A DNA stretch of 64,000 nucleotides, from assembly GCA_022072255.1 (NCBI GenBank), contig JAJVHZ010000011.1, positions 39,540 through 103,539 on the forward strand. The letters are read 5' to 3'. The stretch's first letter is position 1, and each line of letters opens with the position of its first letter. Shown one piece after another: positions 9,601 through 20,409 of this stretch. The DNA is from Gammaproteobacteria bacterium. Lineage in GTDB: Bacteria > Pseudomonadota > Gammaproteobacteria > JAJPIJ01. The translations under genes and the position numbers were made by a program. The notes under the pieces were generated by a model. That model was not told the origin of the DNA and did no database searches. It saw nothing but the letters and a program-made list of their open reading frames with translations.

Positions 9601-10104
9601 ATGCTGCAGCTCAAAGACCTACCCGACGCCCTGATACTCGGCAAATTCGCCGACCGCTACGGGGCGGTGGATGTCGATGCGGTGCTCCAGTTCCTGAGCA
9701 TCCTTCGCATCGGGACCGATCTTTCCGAGGCCCTGGACGGCTTTCTGGCCAGACGCGGCCTGCTTCAGGGCCGCTGGTGGGTGCTGATCCTGCTCATGCG
9801 CGAGGATGACCTGACCTCGACACCGTCGGAGCTGGCGGAAAAATCCGGCGTCAGCCGGGCCACCATGACCCGGCTGATCGACGGGCTGGCGCGCGACGGC
9901 CTGGTGAAACGCCTGGGCGACCGCAGCGACCGCAGGAAGTACTCCATCAGGCTGACCGCGGCCGGGCAGGCCAGGCTGGACGAGGTGATGCCCGAATACT
10001 ACCCGCGCGTGAAGCGCATGATGAAAGTCCTGTCCGCAGCGCAGCGCGAACAGCTATTGCAGAACCTGCTGCTGCTCAAGGAGCGCAGCAAGGTATTCCA
10101 GTGA
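9601..10104 (+). CDS. MarR family transcriptional regulator
   Basis: Winged-helix region TPSELAEKSGVSRATMTRLIDGLARDGLVKRLGDRSDRR. Start is ambiguous: the track's 9592 overlaps the -10 box, so 9601 is used and the mRNA may be leaderless. Confidence 0.75.
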   Translation: MLQLKDLPDALILGKFADRYGAVDVDAVLQFLSILRIGTDLSEALDGFLARRGLLQGRWWVLILLMREDDLTSTPSELAEKSGVSRATMTRLIDGLARDGLVKRLGDRSDRRKYSIRLTAAGQARLDEVMPEYYPRVKRMMKVLSAAQREQLLQNLLLLKERSKVFQ

Positions 10105-10111
10105 TATTTTT

Positions 10112-10140
10112 TTGCCGATTTAGTTAGCTACCTAAGTATT
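10112..10140 (+). promoter_or_regulatory. Second copy of the MarR-type operator (TAGTTAGCTACCTAAGTA) within a putative promoter of the downstream SnoaL-like gene
   Basis: A near-identical 18-mer (17 of 18 positions match) to the site at 9572-9589. TTGCCG lies 17 nt upstream of AGTATT. Positioned 50 nt upstream of the ATG at 10191. Confidence 0.5.
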
Positions 10141-10190
10141 TTTCGTACAAGACTACAGAGACCATTCCCAACCTTGCCCAAGGAGTCATC

Positions 10191-10646
10191 ATGAACAAGT
10201 TCTTTGCAACCGCCCTCACCGCAACCCTGGCCCTGGGTCCCACCCATGCCGCCCATGCCGGCGACGATACGCGCGCCATCGTCGAGGCCGCCAACGCGGC
10301 GTGGAACCAGGCCCTGAACAGCGGCAACCCGCAGGCCCTGGCCGCTCTATACACGGAAGACGCCATCCTGTCGCCGGGAAACGGCAAGGCGCTGGTCGGA
10401 CGCGCGGAGATCGAAGCGCTGTTCCGCGGCTTCGTCGAGGCCGGTGTGCACAACCACACCCTGGAAATCATCGAAGTGGGCGGCACCGACACGCTGATCT
10501 ACCAGGTGGCCCGCTGGAGCGCGCAGGGCGCCGCCACCGCCGATGGCAAGACTCCCAGCTTCGGCGGAGTCACCACCAGCGTGCTGGAAGAGGGCCAGGA
10601 TGGAGCGTGGCGCGCGCGCAGCCACGTATGGAACGCCGTTCAATAG
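10191..10646 (+). CDS. Secreted SnoaL-like/DUF4440 (NTF2-fold) protein
   Basis: Signal peptide MNKFFATALTATLALGPTHAAHA, then an NTF2-like domain (AIVEAANAAWNQALNSGNPQALAALYTEDAIL). AGGAG ribosome-binding site. Confidence 0.6.
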   Translation: MNKFFATALTATLALGPTHAAHAGDDTRAIVEAANAAWNQALNSGNPQALAALYTEDAILSPGNGKALVGRAEIEALFRGFVEAGVHNHTLEIIEVGGTDTLIYQVARWSAQGAATADGKTPSFGGVTTSVLEEGQDGAWRARSHVWNAVQ

Positions 10647-10985
10647 CCGCCCGAGCAAGGCCGACGCACGCGGCACCTGCATGCGGCTGCATATCGCCGG
10701 CAGGTCATCTGCGCAAGGATGCGCGGATGCGCGCGTGCGGCCACGCACCGTAATCGCCGTCTCTGTCGCGCCCGGCTGGTCTTCGGCCAGCAGGGCGCGG
10801 CGGGCGCTTCCACGCCATCTCCGGGGATGAGGTACATAGAGGGCTCGCGCCGGTCAGGACCATCCTCTGGAGCAGCGCGGCATGGTGCCGGACAGCGCGC
10901 AAGGACGTGTCGGCAAAATGGACATCGCGTGCCCGCAGACTAGACTTTGCGATATTCATTCATCGGTCCGGACGGCGGATGCGGC

Positions 10986-11405
10986 ATGGCCATGCTGTCA
11001 ACACCGCGAATCCTGCGTCGCGAGGCAGCGCGACTGAGGCCTCTGGTCGTGTCTGCAATTGCCCTGTTCGCCCTCGCCTCGGACATCGAGGCCCAACAGC
11101 GCGCCGTCATCGTCAATGGCGAACTTCTCGATGACGAGGGCCTGACGCTGATTGACCAGCTGAATTGCGGGCAACCGGTTGGCGACGGAATATATGCGTT
11201 GGATCTCGGGTCGCGAACCTGGGGCTACGCCGACAGTGAGGAGCGCCAGGCGCTGCCCGATTGCGAGGCGGTGGCGCCCGTCGGCGAGGACGAGGTTGTG
11301 GAGGCGCCGGGATCTGAGGAGCCCGCCACGGCCGACGATTGCGAAAGCCGCTATGAGTACTTCGAGGACCGGATGATGTACTGCTACGGCGTCAGCCCCC
11401 CCTGA
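10986..11405 (+). CDS. Hypothetical small secreted protein with four Cys and an acidic C-terminus
   Basis: Coding-like GC3 bias. Predicted signal peptide (LRPLVVSAIALFALASD). No recognisable family. Ends 30 nt upstream of the next gene. Confidence 0.4.
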   Translation: MAMLSTPRILRREAARLRPLVVSAIALFALASDIEAQQRAVIVNGELLDDEGLTLIDQLNCGQPVGDGIYALDLGSRTWGYADSEERQALPDCEAVAPVGEDEVVEAPGSEEPATADDCESRYEYFEDRMMYCYGVSPP

Positions 11406-11435
11406 GGGGACTTACGCCGCGAGGGGGGGTACTCG

Positions 11436-13034
11436 ATGTCGAGGCTGCCAGGCCAGATCTGGATGATCCTCATTGCGGCCGGCGTCCTGTCGCTGATTGC
11501 CTCACTGCTGATCGGCTATCTGTATCGTCGCGCGCTGATCCGCCACATGGGCGGCAGGGCGTCGGATGTGTCGGAAGCGGCCGCGCCACCGGCGGCGATC
11601 GCCGACCGGCGCATGGCCGGCACCCTCGCCGGACGCTACCCCACCGGTTCCGAGAACCGCGCGGCCCAGCGCCGCCTCACGTGGTACATCCTGGCCTTGA
11701 CCGCGTTGGTTGCAGTGTCGGCGGCGGCCCTGCAGTGGCTGCTGCTCTTCGATGTCGAGCTGACGCCCCGGCGGCTGCTGGTCCAATCCGCCGCCTACTT
11801 CTGGATGGCGCTGCCCGCATTGGCCGTGGCCTGGCGGTGGCGGCGCCGGACCCTGATTGCCGCTCTCGCCGTCTATTACGTCCTGTTCGTGGGATTCGGG
11901 ATGAGCCAGTCGACCGAGGCCCAGCAGCTGTCCACCGTCATGAAGCACGGCGCCTTCGCCATCGGCATGCCCATGGTGATAGTGATGCTTTTCGGCCTCG
12001 GCGGCGTGACGCGCGCCATCGGCAGCTGGCTGCTGCCGATCTTCATCCTGCTCGCGGCGGCATCGACGGCGGGCGCCGAGTTTCTCTTCCAGCTGATGGA
12101 GACGTCACCGCGCCTCGTCGAAGGGGCGCTGCAATACCTGAGTGCCGAGGCGGTGATCGCGGGTGCCGTCCTCACCCCGTGGATGCTCGCGATCCTCCCG
12201 GTCGTGTGGCTCTCGCGCCTCGTCGACGGGCTCTACCGGCGCAAGCTGTTCTCGGAGCTGGCCTGGCTGATGACCTCCTTCTGGTTCGTCTGCCTGACGC
12301 TCGAAGTCGCCAGCGGCATGCACGGCGCAGGATTCCATGCACTCTGGATGTATCTGCCGATGCTGTGGTTGCCCGTCACCTTCTACGCGCTGCGCCGTGC
12401 GATGGCGCCGCGGTCGCGGCCGCCCATGCTGCTGGTGTTGCGCGTGTTCCAGCGCGATCGGGAGATGGAGGCGCTGTTCGACGCCGTCATCGAGCGCTGG
12501 CGGGTGACCGGCAACGTGGCGCTCATCGCCGGCACCGATCTGGTCTCGCGCACGATCGACCCGGGCGAGATCTTCGCCTTCCTCGGCGGCCGCATCGACA
12601 GGCAGTTCATCGCCTCCGTCGAGGGCATCCCGGGACGCCTCGCCGCGTTCGACCTGCAGCCGGACATCGAGGGCCGCTACCGCATCAACGAGTGCTATTG
12701 CCGCGACACCACCTGGAAGCCGACGCTCGCTGCCCTGGTCGAGATGAGCGACGTGGTCCTGACGGATCTGCGGCGTTTTCAGGCGCACAACGAGGGCTGT
12801 CGCTACGAGCTCGGGATACTCGCGCGCGCGCGAAACATCGCCCGGGTGGTCGTGCTGTTCGACGGCAAGACCGATCGTGCAGTCGCCGCGCAGGACACGG
12901 CCGGCGCGCCGGCCACGCGTTTCCACTGGATGGACGTGACGTCGCGTGGCAGAGCCGGATGGCGGGAGGCATTGCAGGCCCTGTTCGTCGAACTCCCGGA
13001 CGCGGGCGGGCGGACGGCGCGTCGCGCCGCCTGA
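11436..13034 (+). CDS. Hypothetical polytopic membrane protein (about 8 TM helices) with an about 200-aa cytoplasmic C-terminal alpha/beta domain of unknown function
   Basis: 532 aa. Hydrophobic N-terminal two-thirds rich in Trp. C-terminal region has alternating hydrophobic beta-strand-like segments (LLVLRVF, VALIAGTD, VVLTDLR, RVVVLFDGKTD). No confident family assignment. Confidence 0.55.
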   Translation: MSRLPGQIWMILIAAGVLSLIASLLIGYLYRRALIRHMGGRASDVSEAAAPPAAIADRRMAGTLAGRYPTGSENRAAQRRLTWYILALTALVAVSAAALQWLLLFDVELTPRRLLVQSAAYFWMALPALAVAWRWRRRTLIAALAVYYVLFVGFGMSQSTEAQQLSTVMKHGAFAIGMPMVIVMLFGLGGVTRAIGSWLLPIFILLAAASTAGAEFLFQLMETSPRLVEGALQYLSAEAVIAGAVLTPWMLAILPVVWLSRLVDGLYRRKLFSELAWLMTSFWFVCLTLEVASGMHGAGFHALWMYLPMLWLPVTFYALRRAMAPRSRPPMLLVLRVFQRDREMEALFDAVIERWRVTGNVALIAGTDLVSRTIDPGEIFAFLGGRIDRQFIASVEGIPGRLAAFDLQPDIEGRYRINECYCRDTTWKPTLAALVEMSDVVLTDLRRFQAHNEGCRYELGILARARNIARVVVLFDGKTDRAVAAQDTAGAPATRFHWMDVTSRGRAGWREALQALFVELPDAGGRTARRAA

Positions 13035-13101
13035 AGCGGATGCGCATCTGGCGAGCGACCATCTGCAGCGCGCGGCGAGCCGAACTCAGGGCACGGTGCT
13101 G

Positions 13102-13192
13102 TCACACCGTCCGCCACACGATGTTCCGATGAGTCATGATCCCTTGCAGGAAGCTGGTGGGCGCAGCAGGATTCGATCCTGCAATCAGGGGA
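13102..13192 (-). pseudogene. Degenerate partial copy of the tRNA-CAU 3' half plus its downstream flank (pseudo-tRNA, possible att remnant)
   Basis: About 75% identity over roughly 100 nt to 14122-14225. Shared blocks are tcacaccgtccg, tgagtcatga and tggtgggcNcagcaggattcgaNcctgcaa. No 5' acceptor strand is present. Confidence 0.5.
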
Positions 13193-13331
13193 ACATTAGC
13201 GGGCGGCCAGCAGATAGGAAATTCATTGATCGGCCACTTGCGGCGCCTGCTCTGCGCCAAATGGCGGTTGGCGCAATTCAGAGAGCTGGCAGCGCGGTGA
13301 GCGTTGTCATAGCGGATTGGGGGATATGGGC

Positions 13332-14024
13332 ATGTCAGATACGGCGTTGATTGTTGGCGTGGGCAAGGGCTTGAGTGCGTCGATTGCGCGTCGCCTGGCT
13401 CGCGAAGGTATGCAGGTCGGGATGGCTGCGCGAAATACGGAGAAACTGACCGAACTCGCAAGAGATACAAGGGCGCGAACGTACGCCTGCGATGCATCTG
13501 ACGCGGCTGCGGTCTCGAAGCTGTTCGAGATGGTGGAAGCCGAAGTCGGTATACCCGGGCTCGTGGTATTCAACGCCAGTGATCGCTATCGTGGACCGAT
13601 AGAGACACTTGACCCGGAGCAGGTATGGCGCTCCTACGAGCAGTCCGCGTTTTCAGGATTCCTGGTGGCGCAAGCGGCAGCCAAGTGCATGTTGAGAGCA
13701 GGCCGAGGCTCAATATTTTTCACGGGTGCTACAGCCAGCGTGAAGGCGCTGCCAAGCTCGGTTCCTTTCGCCATGCCGAAATTCGCGCTTCGAGCGTTGG
13801 CGCAAGCCCTTGCCCGTGAACTGTCACCGAAGAATATTCATGTGGCGCATTTCGTGATCGATGGCGGTATCGCTACGAGCTGGACTCGCCCTGGCGAAGA
13901 GGGGCCGCCGGACAGATGGCTCAGCCCGGACGCGATCGCGGAAACTTACCTCCACATCCATCGCCAGCACAGAAGTGCGTGGACGTGGGAGATCGAGCTT
14001 CGGCCGTGGACTGAAAAGTTCTAG
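13332..14024 (+). CDS. Short-chain dehydrogenase/reductase (SDR) family oxidoreductase
   Basis: N-terminal TALIVGVGKGLSASIARRLAREG Rossmann motif and typical SDR length. Start at MSDTALIVG. Confidence 0.7.
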   Translation: MSDTALIVGVGKGLSASIARRLAREGMQVGMAARNTEKLTELARDTRARTYACDASDAAAVSKLFEMVEAEVGIPGLVVFNASDRYRGPIETLDPEQVWRSYEQSAFSGFLVAQAAAKCMLRAGRGSIFFTGATASVKALPSSVPFAMPKFALRALAQALARELSPKNIHVAHFVIDGGIATSWTRPGEEGPPDRWLSPDAIAETYLHIHRQHRSAWTWEIELRPWTEKF

Positions 14025-14192
14025 CGGGCATTGAGGGGGTATCCAGGCAAACAGTCATCCGTTGGATCAGCCACCGGCGGCGCTCGCTCGGTGCCGAATG
14101 GGGGTTGGCCAAAGCTGGTGTCGATGAAACGTGGGGCAGCTCACACCGTCCGGAGCAGGATGTGCAGGTGAGTCATGAGTCCCTGGGGGAAA

Positions 14193-14268
14193 TGGTGGGC
14201 CCGGCAGGATTCGAACCTGCAACCAAGGGATTATGAGTCCCCTGCACTAACCGTTGTGCTACAGGCCC
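14193..14268 (-). tRNA. tRNA with CAU anticodon (tRNA-Met or, more likely, lysidine-modified tRNA-Ile2)
   Basis: Reverse complement GGGCCTGTAGCACAACGGTTAGTGCAGGGGACTCATAATCCCTTGGTTGCAGGTTCGAATCCTGCCGGGCCCACCA folds as a cloverleaf with anticodon CAT and an encoded CCA. Variable loop and anticodon stem resemble ileX-type tRNA. Position downstream of rpoD matches E. coli ileX. Confidence 0.85.
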
Positions 14269-14353
14269 AGTGCGAGATCGCTTTCCCCCCTCACCCTGGC
14301 CCTCTCCCGAGGGGAGAGGGAAGGGCAATCGAGGGTACTGCGGTAATGCGGCG

Positions 14354-16219
<1,866 letters not shown>

Positions 16220-16390
16220 GGGTCTCTGGCGGGTCTAATCTTAACTATCTGTCTGAAAATCGATTTGGGATTCCTGTTGAGACCTAAGTCTAGACCAGGA
16301 ACCGACGGGCGCCAGGGTCGTGGGCGCCCCAAAAAAGACCGCGAATTCTACAGGAGCAGGGCAGGGGCTGTCAGCCGCCGGTCGGGTTCG

Positions 16391-18163
16391 TCACTTCTCC
16401 GGCGCCGACAACTGGCGCAGCAGGGATTTTTCCTCTTCCGTCAGATCTTTCAACGGCTTGCGGGCAAGCTCGGCGCACATGGTCTTGTGTACCAGGTCCC
16501 GCAGCCGCGCTATCGCAGCCAGGAATTCCGCCTCGACGCCGTCGGCCGGGGTGGCCAGTTCCTGCGCCAGCAGCTTCTGCAGGTGCCGCCCCTCCGGGCG
16601 GTCACGCCAGTGCTCGACCAGGGCGCCGCTGCCGACATCGGGATTTGACTGTACAAACGCGATGAGTTCAGCGAGCAGGTCGGCGCCGCCCTGGCCGGAA
16701 CGCACGAGCTGTTCGGCCCGCTCCACCCTGAGCGCCAATGACGGCACGTGCAGCAGCAAGGTGATGGCGAGGCGTACCAGGGAGCGCCCCTCGCGAGGGG
16801 CGGTGCTCCTGCCCTTGCGGGCGTCGTTGCGCGGCGAGGGTGCCCGCACGCCGCCCACCATCGGTGCCAGCGTGCGCAGGTCGAGATCGGACAGCCGCGA
16901 CAGTCGCTGCGCCAGCATCTGCTTGAGCGCGCCGCTCGGCACCGGCGAGAGCAGTGGCTTGGCGAGATCCACCAGCCGGGCGCGGCCGTCCAGGGTGGCG
17001 AGGCTGACCTGCGCGGAGAGCGTGTCGAACAGGAAGTCCGACAGCGGCGTGAACCGCGCGGGATCCTCGAACATCCCCGCGCCTTCCTTGCGCACCAGCG
17101 TATCGGGGTCCTCGCCCGTGGGCAGGAACAGGAAGTTCACGTAGTGCCCCTCGCCGAGCAGGGGCAGCGAGGTCTCGAGCGCCCGCCACGCCGCCCTGCG
17201 TCCGGCCTCGTCGCCGTCGAAGCAGAACACCACCTCGGGAGTCGCGCGGAACAGCCGTTCGAGGTGATCGCGGGTGGTCGCCGTGCCCAGCGTGGCCACG
17301 GCGCCGGTCACGCCGTGCTGGTGCAGGGCGATGACGTCCATGTAGCCCTCGACGACGAACAGCCGCTCGAGCTGCCGGTTGGCCTTGCGCGCGTGAAAGA
17401 GCCCGTAGAGCTCGCGGCCCTTGTGAAAGATGGGGGTCTCCGGGGAATTCAGATACTTCGGCTCGCCCTGTTCGAGGATGCGGCCGCCGAAGCCGATGAC
17501 GCGGCCGCGGTGATCGTGGATCGGGAACATGATGCGATCGCGAAAGCGGTCGTAGTGCCGGCTCTGCCCGGTGGTCGCGCCGGTGCCTTCCTTGGGCACG
17601 AGCATGCCGGCGGCTTCGAGGTCGCGCACCGCCTCCGGCGTGGTGCCCAGGGCCTTGAGCAGACTGTCCCACCCGGGCGGAGCGTAGCCGAGTTTGAAGG
17701 CGGCGGCCGTCTGCCCGTCCAGGCCGCGGGCCTTGAGATATTTCTTCGCGCGCTCCGACTGCGGATGGTCCTTGAGCTCGCGCGAATAGTATTGCTGTGC
17801 CTGCTCGAGCACGGTATAGAGGCGCGCGGCCTCACCGCTCTTCGCACCCGGGCCCGCTCCGGCCTCGGCCGGCACGGTCATGCCGACCCTGGCAGCCAGA
17901 TCGTGCACCGCTTCCACGAAATCGAGCCGGTCGTACTCCATCAGGAAGCCGATCGCGGTGCCGCTCGCGCCGCAGCCGAAGCAGTAGTAGAACTGCTTGT
18001 CGGGGGCGACCGTGAAGGACGGCGTGCGCTCCTCGTGAAACGGGCAGCGCGCCTGGAAGTTCCTGCCGGCCTTCTTCAGCGGCACGCGCTCGTCGATCAC
18101 GTCGACGATGTCGACGCGCGCGAGCAGGTCGTTGATGAAGGATTCCGGAATGCGCCCAGCCAT
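16391..18163 (-). CDS. dnaG: DNA primase DnaG
   Basis: Zinc-ribbon CPFHEERTPSFTV...YYCFGCGASG, a TOPRIM domain and a C-terminal DnaB-interaction region. Lies between rpsU/yqeY and rpoD. Confidence 0.95.
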   Translation of the reverse strand: MAGRIPESFINDLLARVDIVDVIDERVPLKKAGRNFQARCPFHEERTPSFTVAPDKQFYYCFGCGASGTAIGFLMEYDRLDFVEAVHDLAARVGMTVPAEAGAGPGAKSGEAARLYTVLEQAQQYYSRELKDHPQSERAKKYLKARGLDGQTAAAFKLGYAPPGWDSLLKALGTTPEAVRDLEAAGMLVPKEGTGATTGQSRHYDRFRDRIMFPIHDHRGRVIGFGGRILEQGEPKYLNSPETPIFHKGRELYGLFHARKANRQLERLFVVEGYMDVIALHQHGVTGAVATLGTATTRDHLERLFRATPEVVFCFDGDEAGRRAAWRALETSLPLLGEGHYVNFLFLPTGEDPDTLVRKEGAGMFEDPARFTPLSDFLFDTLSAQVSLATLDGRARLVDLAKPLLSPVPSGALKQMLAQRLSRLSDLDLRTLAPMVGGVRAPSPRNDARKGRSTAPREGRSLVRLAITLLLHVPSLALRVERAEQLVRSGQGGADLLAELIAFVQSNPDVGSGALVEHWRDRPEGRHLQKLLAQELATPADGVEAEFLAAIARLRDLVHKTMCAELARKPLKDLTEEEKSLLRQLSAPEK

Positions 18164-18238
18164 CTCGGGCGTAGGATAACCGAGGCGGCGGCCGCTGCGT
18201 TTTTCCGGCAGACGGCCGGGAGCCGGCGGGCGGGGAGA

Positions 18239-18685
18239 CTAACCGCCGAGTTTATGCCTCACCCTGGCGGAGACCACCGTCATGTCGGCCTTGCCCGCGA
18301 GCTTCTGCTTCAGGGCTCCCATCACCTTGCCCATGTCCCTGGCGCTGGCGGCGCCGGTGGCGGCGATGACCTCGGCGACCGCCGTGTCGATCTCCGCCTC
18401 GGAGAGCTGCGCCGGCAGGAAGCCCTGGACGATGCCGATCTCGAACTGCTCCTGCTCGGCCAGATCCGGCCGGTTGCCGGCCTGGTACTGCTGAATGGAG
18501 TCGCGGCGCTGTTTGACCATCTTCTCCAGTGTCGCCATCACCTGTGCGTCGTCGAGCGTGATCCGTTCGTCGACTTCCTTCTGTTTGATGGCCGCCGTGA
18601 TCAGCCGCAACACGCCCAGGCGCCGTTTGTCCTGGGCGCGCATGGCGGTCTTCACTTCATCGCTGATGCGATCCTTTAAACTCAC
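18239..18685 (-). CDS. GatB/YqeY domain-containing protein
   Basis: VSLKDRISDEVKTAMRAQDKRRLGVLRLITAAIKQ matches the YqeY N-terminus. Start taken at the GTG near 18685. The track's extended ORF N-terminus looks non-coding. Confidence 0.7.
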   Translation of the reverse strand: MSLKDRISDEVKTAMRAQDKRRLGVLRLITAAIKQKEVDERITLDDAQVMATLEKMVKQRRDSIQQYQAGNRPDLAEQEQFEIGIVQGFLPAQLSEAEIDTAVAEVIAATGAASARDMGKVMGALKQKLAGKADMTVVSARVRHKLGG

Positions 18686-18743
18686 GGTCGGCAGAAAGTG
18701 TGCGGCGCGCCATCGGGCGCGCCGTAGCGGGCTTCGACAGGGA

Positions 18744-19028
18744 TTAGAACGAACGTGGGCCGCGGGGGCCGCCACGACCACCGGCGCGTGCGGCATTGCG
18801 CTGTGCGGCCGCGCGGGCGCGCTGGGCCATGGTCATGTTCGAGCGAATCATCTTCTTCTGCCAGCGTTTCACCGCCGCGGCGGCCTTGCGCTTGCGCACC
18901 TGGGTCGGCTTCTCGTAAAACTCGCGGCGATGGATCTCGGCAAGGATGCCGGCCTTCTCGCAGGCGCGCTTGAAGCGACGCAGGGCGACGTCGAACGGCT
19001 CGTTCTCACGGACTTTGACTGACGGCAT
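18744..19028 (-). CDS. rpsU: 30S ribosomal protein S21
   Basis: [48 protein letters not shown], with AGGAG 7 nt upstream. Has a C-terminal basic extension. Confidence 0.9.
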   Translation of the reverse strand: MPSVKVRENEPFDVALRRFKRACEKAGILAEIHRREFYEKPTQVRKRKAAAAVKRWQKKMIRSNMTMAQRARAAAQRNAARAGGRGGPRGPRSF

Positions 19029-19086
19029 TCGTACTCCTAACGCTGAACGGCAGGTGTTTGAAAGGGCGGGTATTGTAGTGGACGAC

Positions 19087-20160
19087 ATGGTAATTGCAAA
19101 GCCGAAATCGGCGCCCGCGGAGGCGGTTGCCGGGCCGGTGCTGGGCGTGGAAACCTCCTGCGACGAGACCGGAGTGGCCGTCTATGATCCGCGCCTCGGA
19201 CCGGGCGCGGGACTGCTCGCGCACGTGCTGTACAGCCAGGTCGATCTGCACGCGAAGTACGGCGGCATCGTGCCGGAGCTGGCCTCCCGCGACCACGTCC
19301 GCAAGACCCTGCCACTCGTCCGGGAAGTCCTTCATGCGGCAGGTGTTTCCGCCCGCGACCTGGGCGGTGTGGCGTATACGGCCGGACCGGGCCTGATCGG
19401 GGCGCTGCTGGTCGGGGCGGCAATAGGTCGTTCGCTGGCCTGGTCGCTGCGGATACCCGCCATCGCCGTGCACCACATGGAGGCCCACCTGCTGGCGCCT
19501 CTGCTGGAGCCGGATCCGCCGACCTTCCCGTTCGTCGCCCTGTTGGTGTCCGGCGGCCACACCCAGCTGTTCCGGGTCGACGGCCTCGGCCGCTACACCC
19601 TGCTCGGGGAGTCGCTGGACGATGCCGCCGGCGAGGCCTTCGACAAGACCGCCAAGCTGCTCGGGCTGGGCTATCCCGGCGGTCCGGCGATCGAGCGGCT
19701 GGCCCGCGACGGCAATCCGGATCGCTTCGACTTCCCGCGTCCCATGACCAACCGGCCCGGCCTGGATTTCAGTTTCTCCGGCCTCAAGACCTACGCCCTG
19801 AACACGCTGCAGCAGGAGGGCGGCGACGCGCAGACCAAGGCCGACATCGCGCGGGCCTTCTCCGAGGCGGTCGTGGAGACGCTCGCCATCAAATGCCGCC
19901 GCGCGCTGGCGCAGACCGGGATGAAGTGTCTCATCGCCGCCGGCGGGGTGAGCGCGAACGCGAGGCTGCGGGAGCGCCTGGCGGAGATCGCCGCCGAGTT
20001 CGGCGCGCGCGTGGTCTATCCGCGTCCGGCCTTCTGCACCGACAACGGTGCGATGATCGCCTTTGCCGGCGCCCTTCGCCTCGCGGCCGGCTACCGCGAG
20101 CCGCTTGCCTTCAGGGCCTATCCGCGCTGGCCGATGGCAGAGCTGCCGCCGGCGGCCTGA
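19087..20160 (+). CDS. tsaD: tRNA N6-adenosine threonylcarbamoyltransferase TsaD
   Basis: [17 protein letters not shown] and [10 protein letters not shown] metal-binding motifs. Divergent from rpsU as in E. coli. An alternative GTG start at 19138 with GGAGG upstream would give an E. coli-like N-terminus. Confidence 0.85.
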   Translation: MVIAKPKSAPAEAVAGPVLGVETSCDETGVAVYDPRLGPGAGLLAHVLYSQVDLHAKYGGIVPELASRDHVRKTLPLVREVLHAAGVSARDLGGVAYTAGPGLIGALLVGAAIGRSLAWSLRIPAIAVHHMEAHLLAPLLEPDPPTFPFVALLVSGGHTQLFRVDGLGRYTLLGESLDDAAGEAFDKTAKLLGLGYPGGPAIERLARDGNPDRFDFPRPMTNRPGLDFSFSGLKTYALNTLQQEGGDAQTKADIARAFSEAVVETLAIKCRRALAQTGMKCLIAAGGVSANARLRERLAEIAAEFGARVVYPRPAFCTDNGAMIAFAGALRLAAGYREPLAFRAYPRWPMAELPPAA

Positions 20161-20409
20161 CGGAGCTGGTCGAGTCCCCAGCAAGACGGATCATCCTCGG
20201 CGGACTGCCGGTGCCCGCCCGGCTACCGCTGCGCGGTCCATCCATGTACCGCTTGCTACCGCGGCGTCGTGCTCGTCCATCCCTGCTGCGCGCCGCCGAG
20301 GCGCGCCAGGCAGGCACCGGCAGTCCGCTCGAAACCCCGTGCTGTGCCGAATGGCCGGCAGACCGCCCCCCGCGCACGCCGCAACCAAAGAAGGGCGGCA
20401 CTGCGGCGA

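Noticed and set aside
10650-10985. Short ORFs 10543-10830, 10719-10943 and 10705-10959 in the intergenic gap
   Set aside because: Mutually overlapping, lacking ribosome-binding sites, with Arg/Ala-rich composition. Treated as non-coding intergenic sequence.
13034-14270. Genomic island / integrative element at the tRNA gene
   Set aside because: A degenerate partial tRNA duplicate is present, but there is no integrase, excisionase or other mobility gene and only one SDR cargo gene. Reported only as a possible remnant, not as a mobile element.
16220-16390. GGGCGCC-N9-GGCGCCC hairpin in the dnaG-rpoD spacer as a terminator
   Set aside because: On the transcribed (minus) strand the U-run precedes rather than follows the hairpin. 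This is not a canonical intrinsic terminator and was left unannotated.
16748-18679. 643-aa plus-strand ORF opposite dnaG
   Set aside because: Antisense to dnaG. Spurious.
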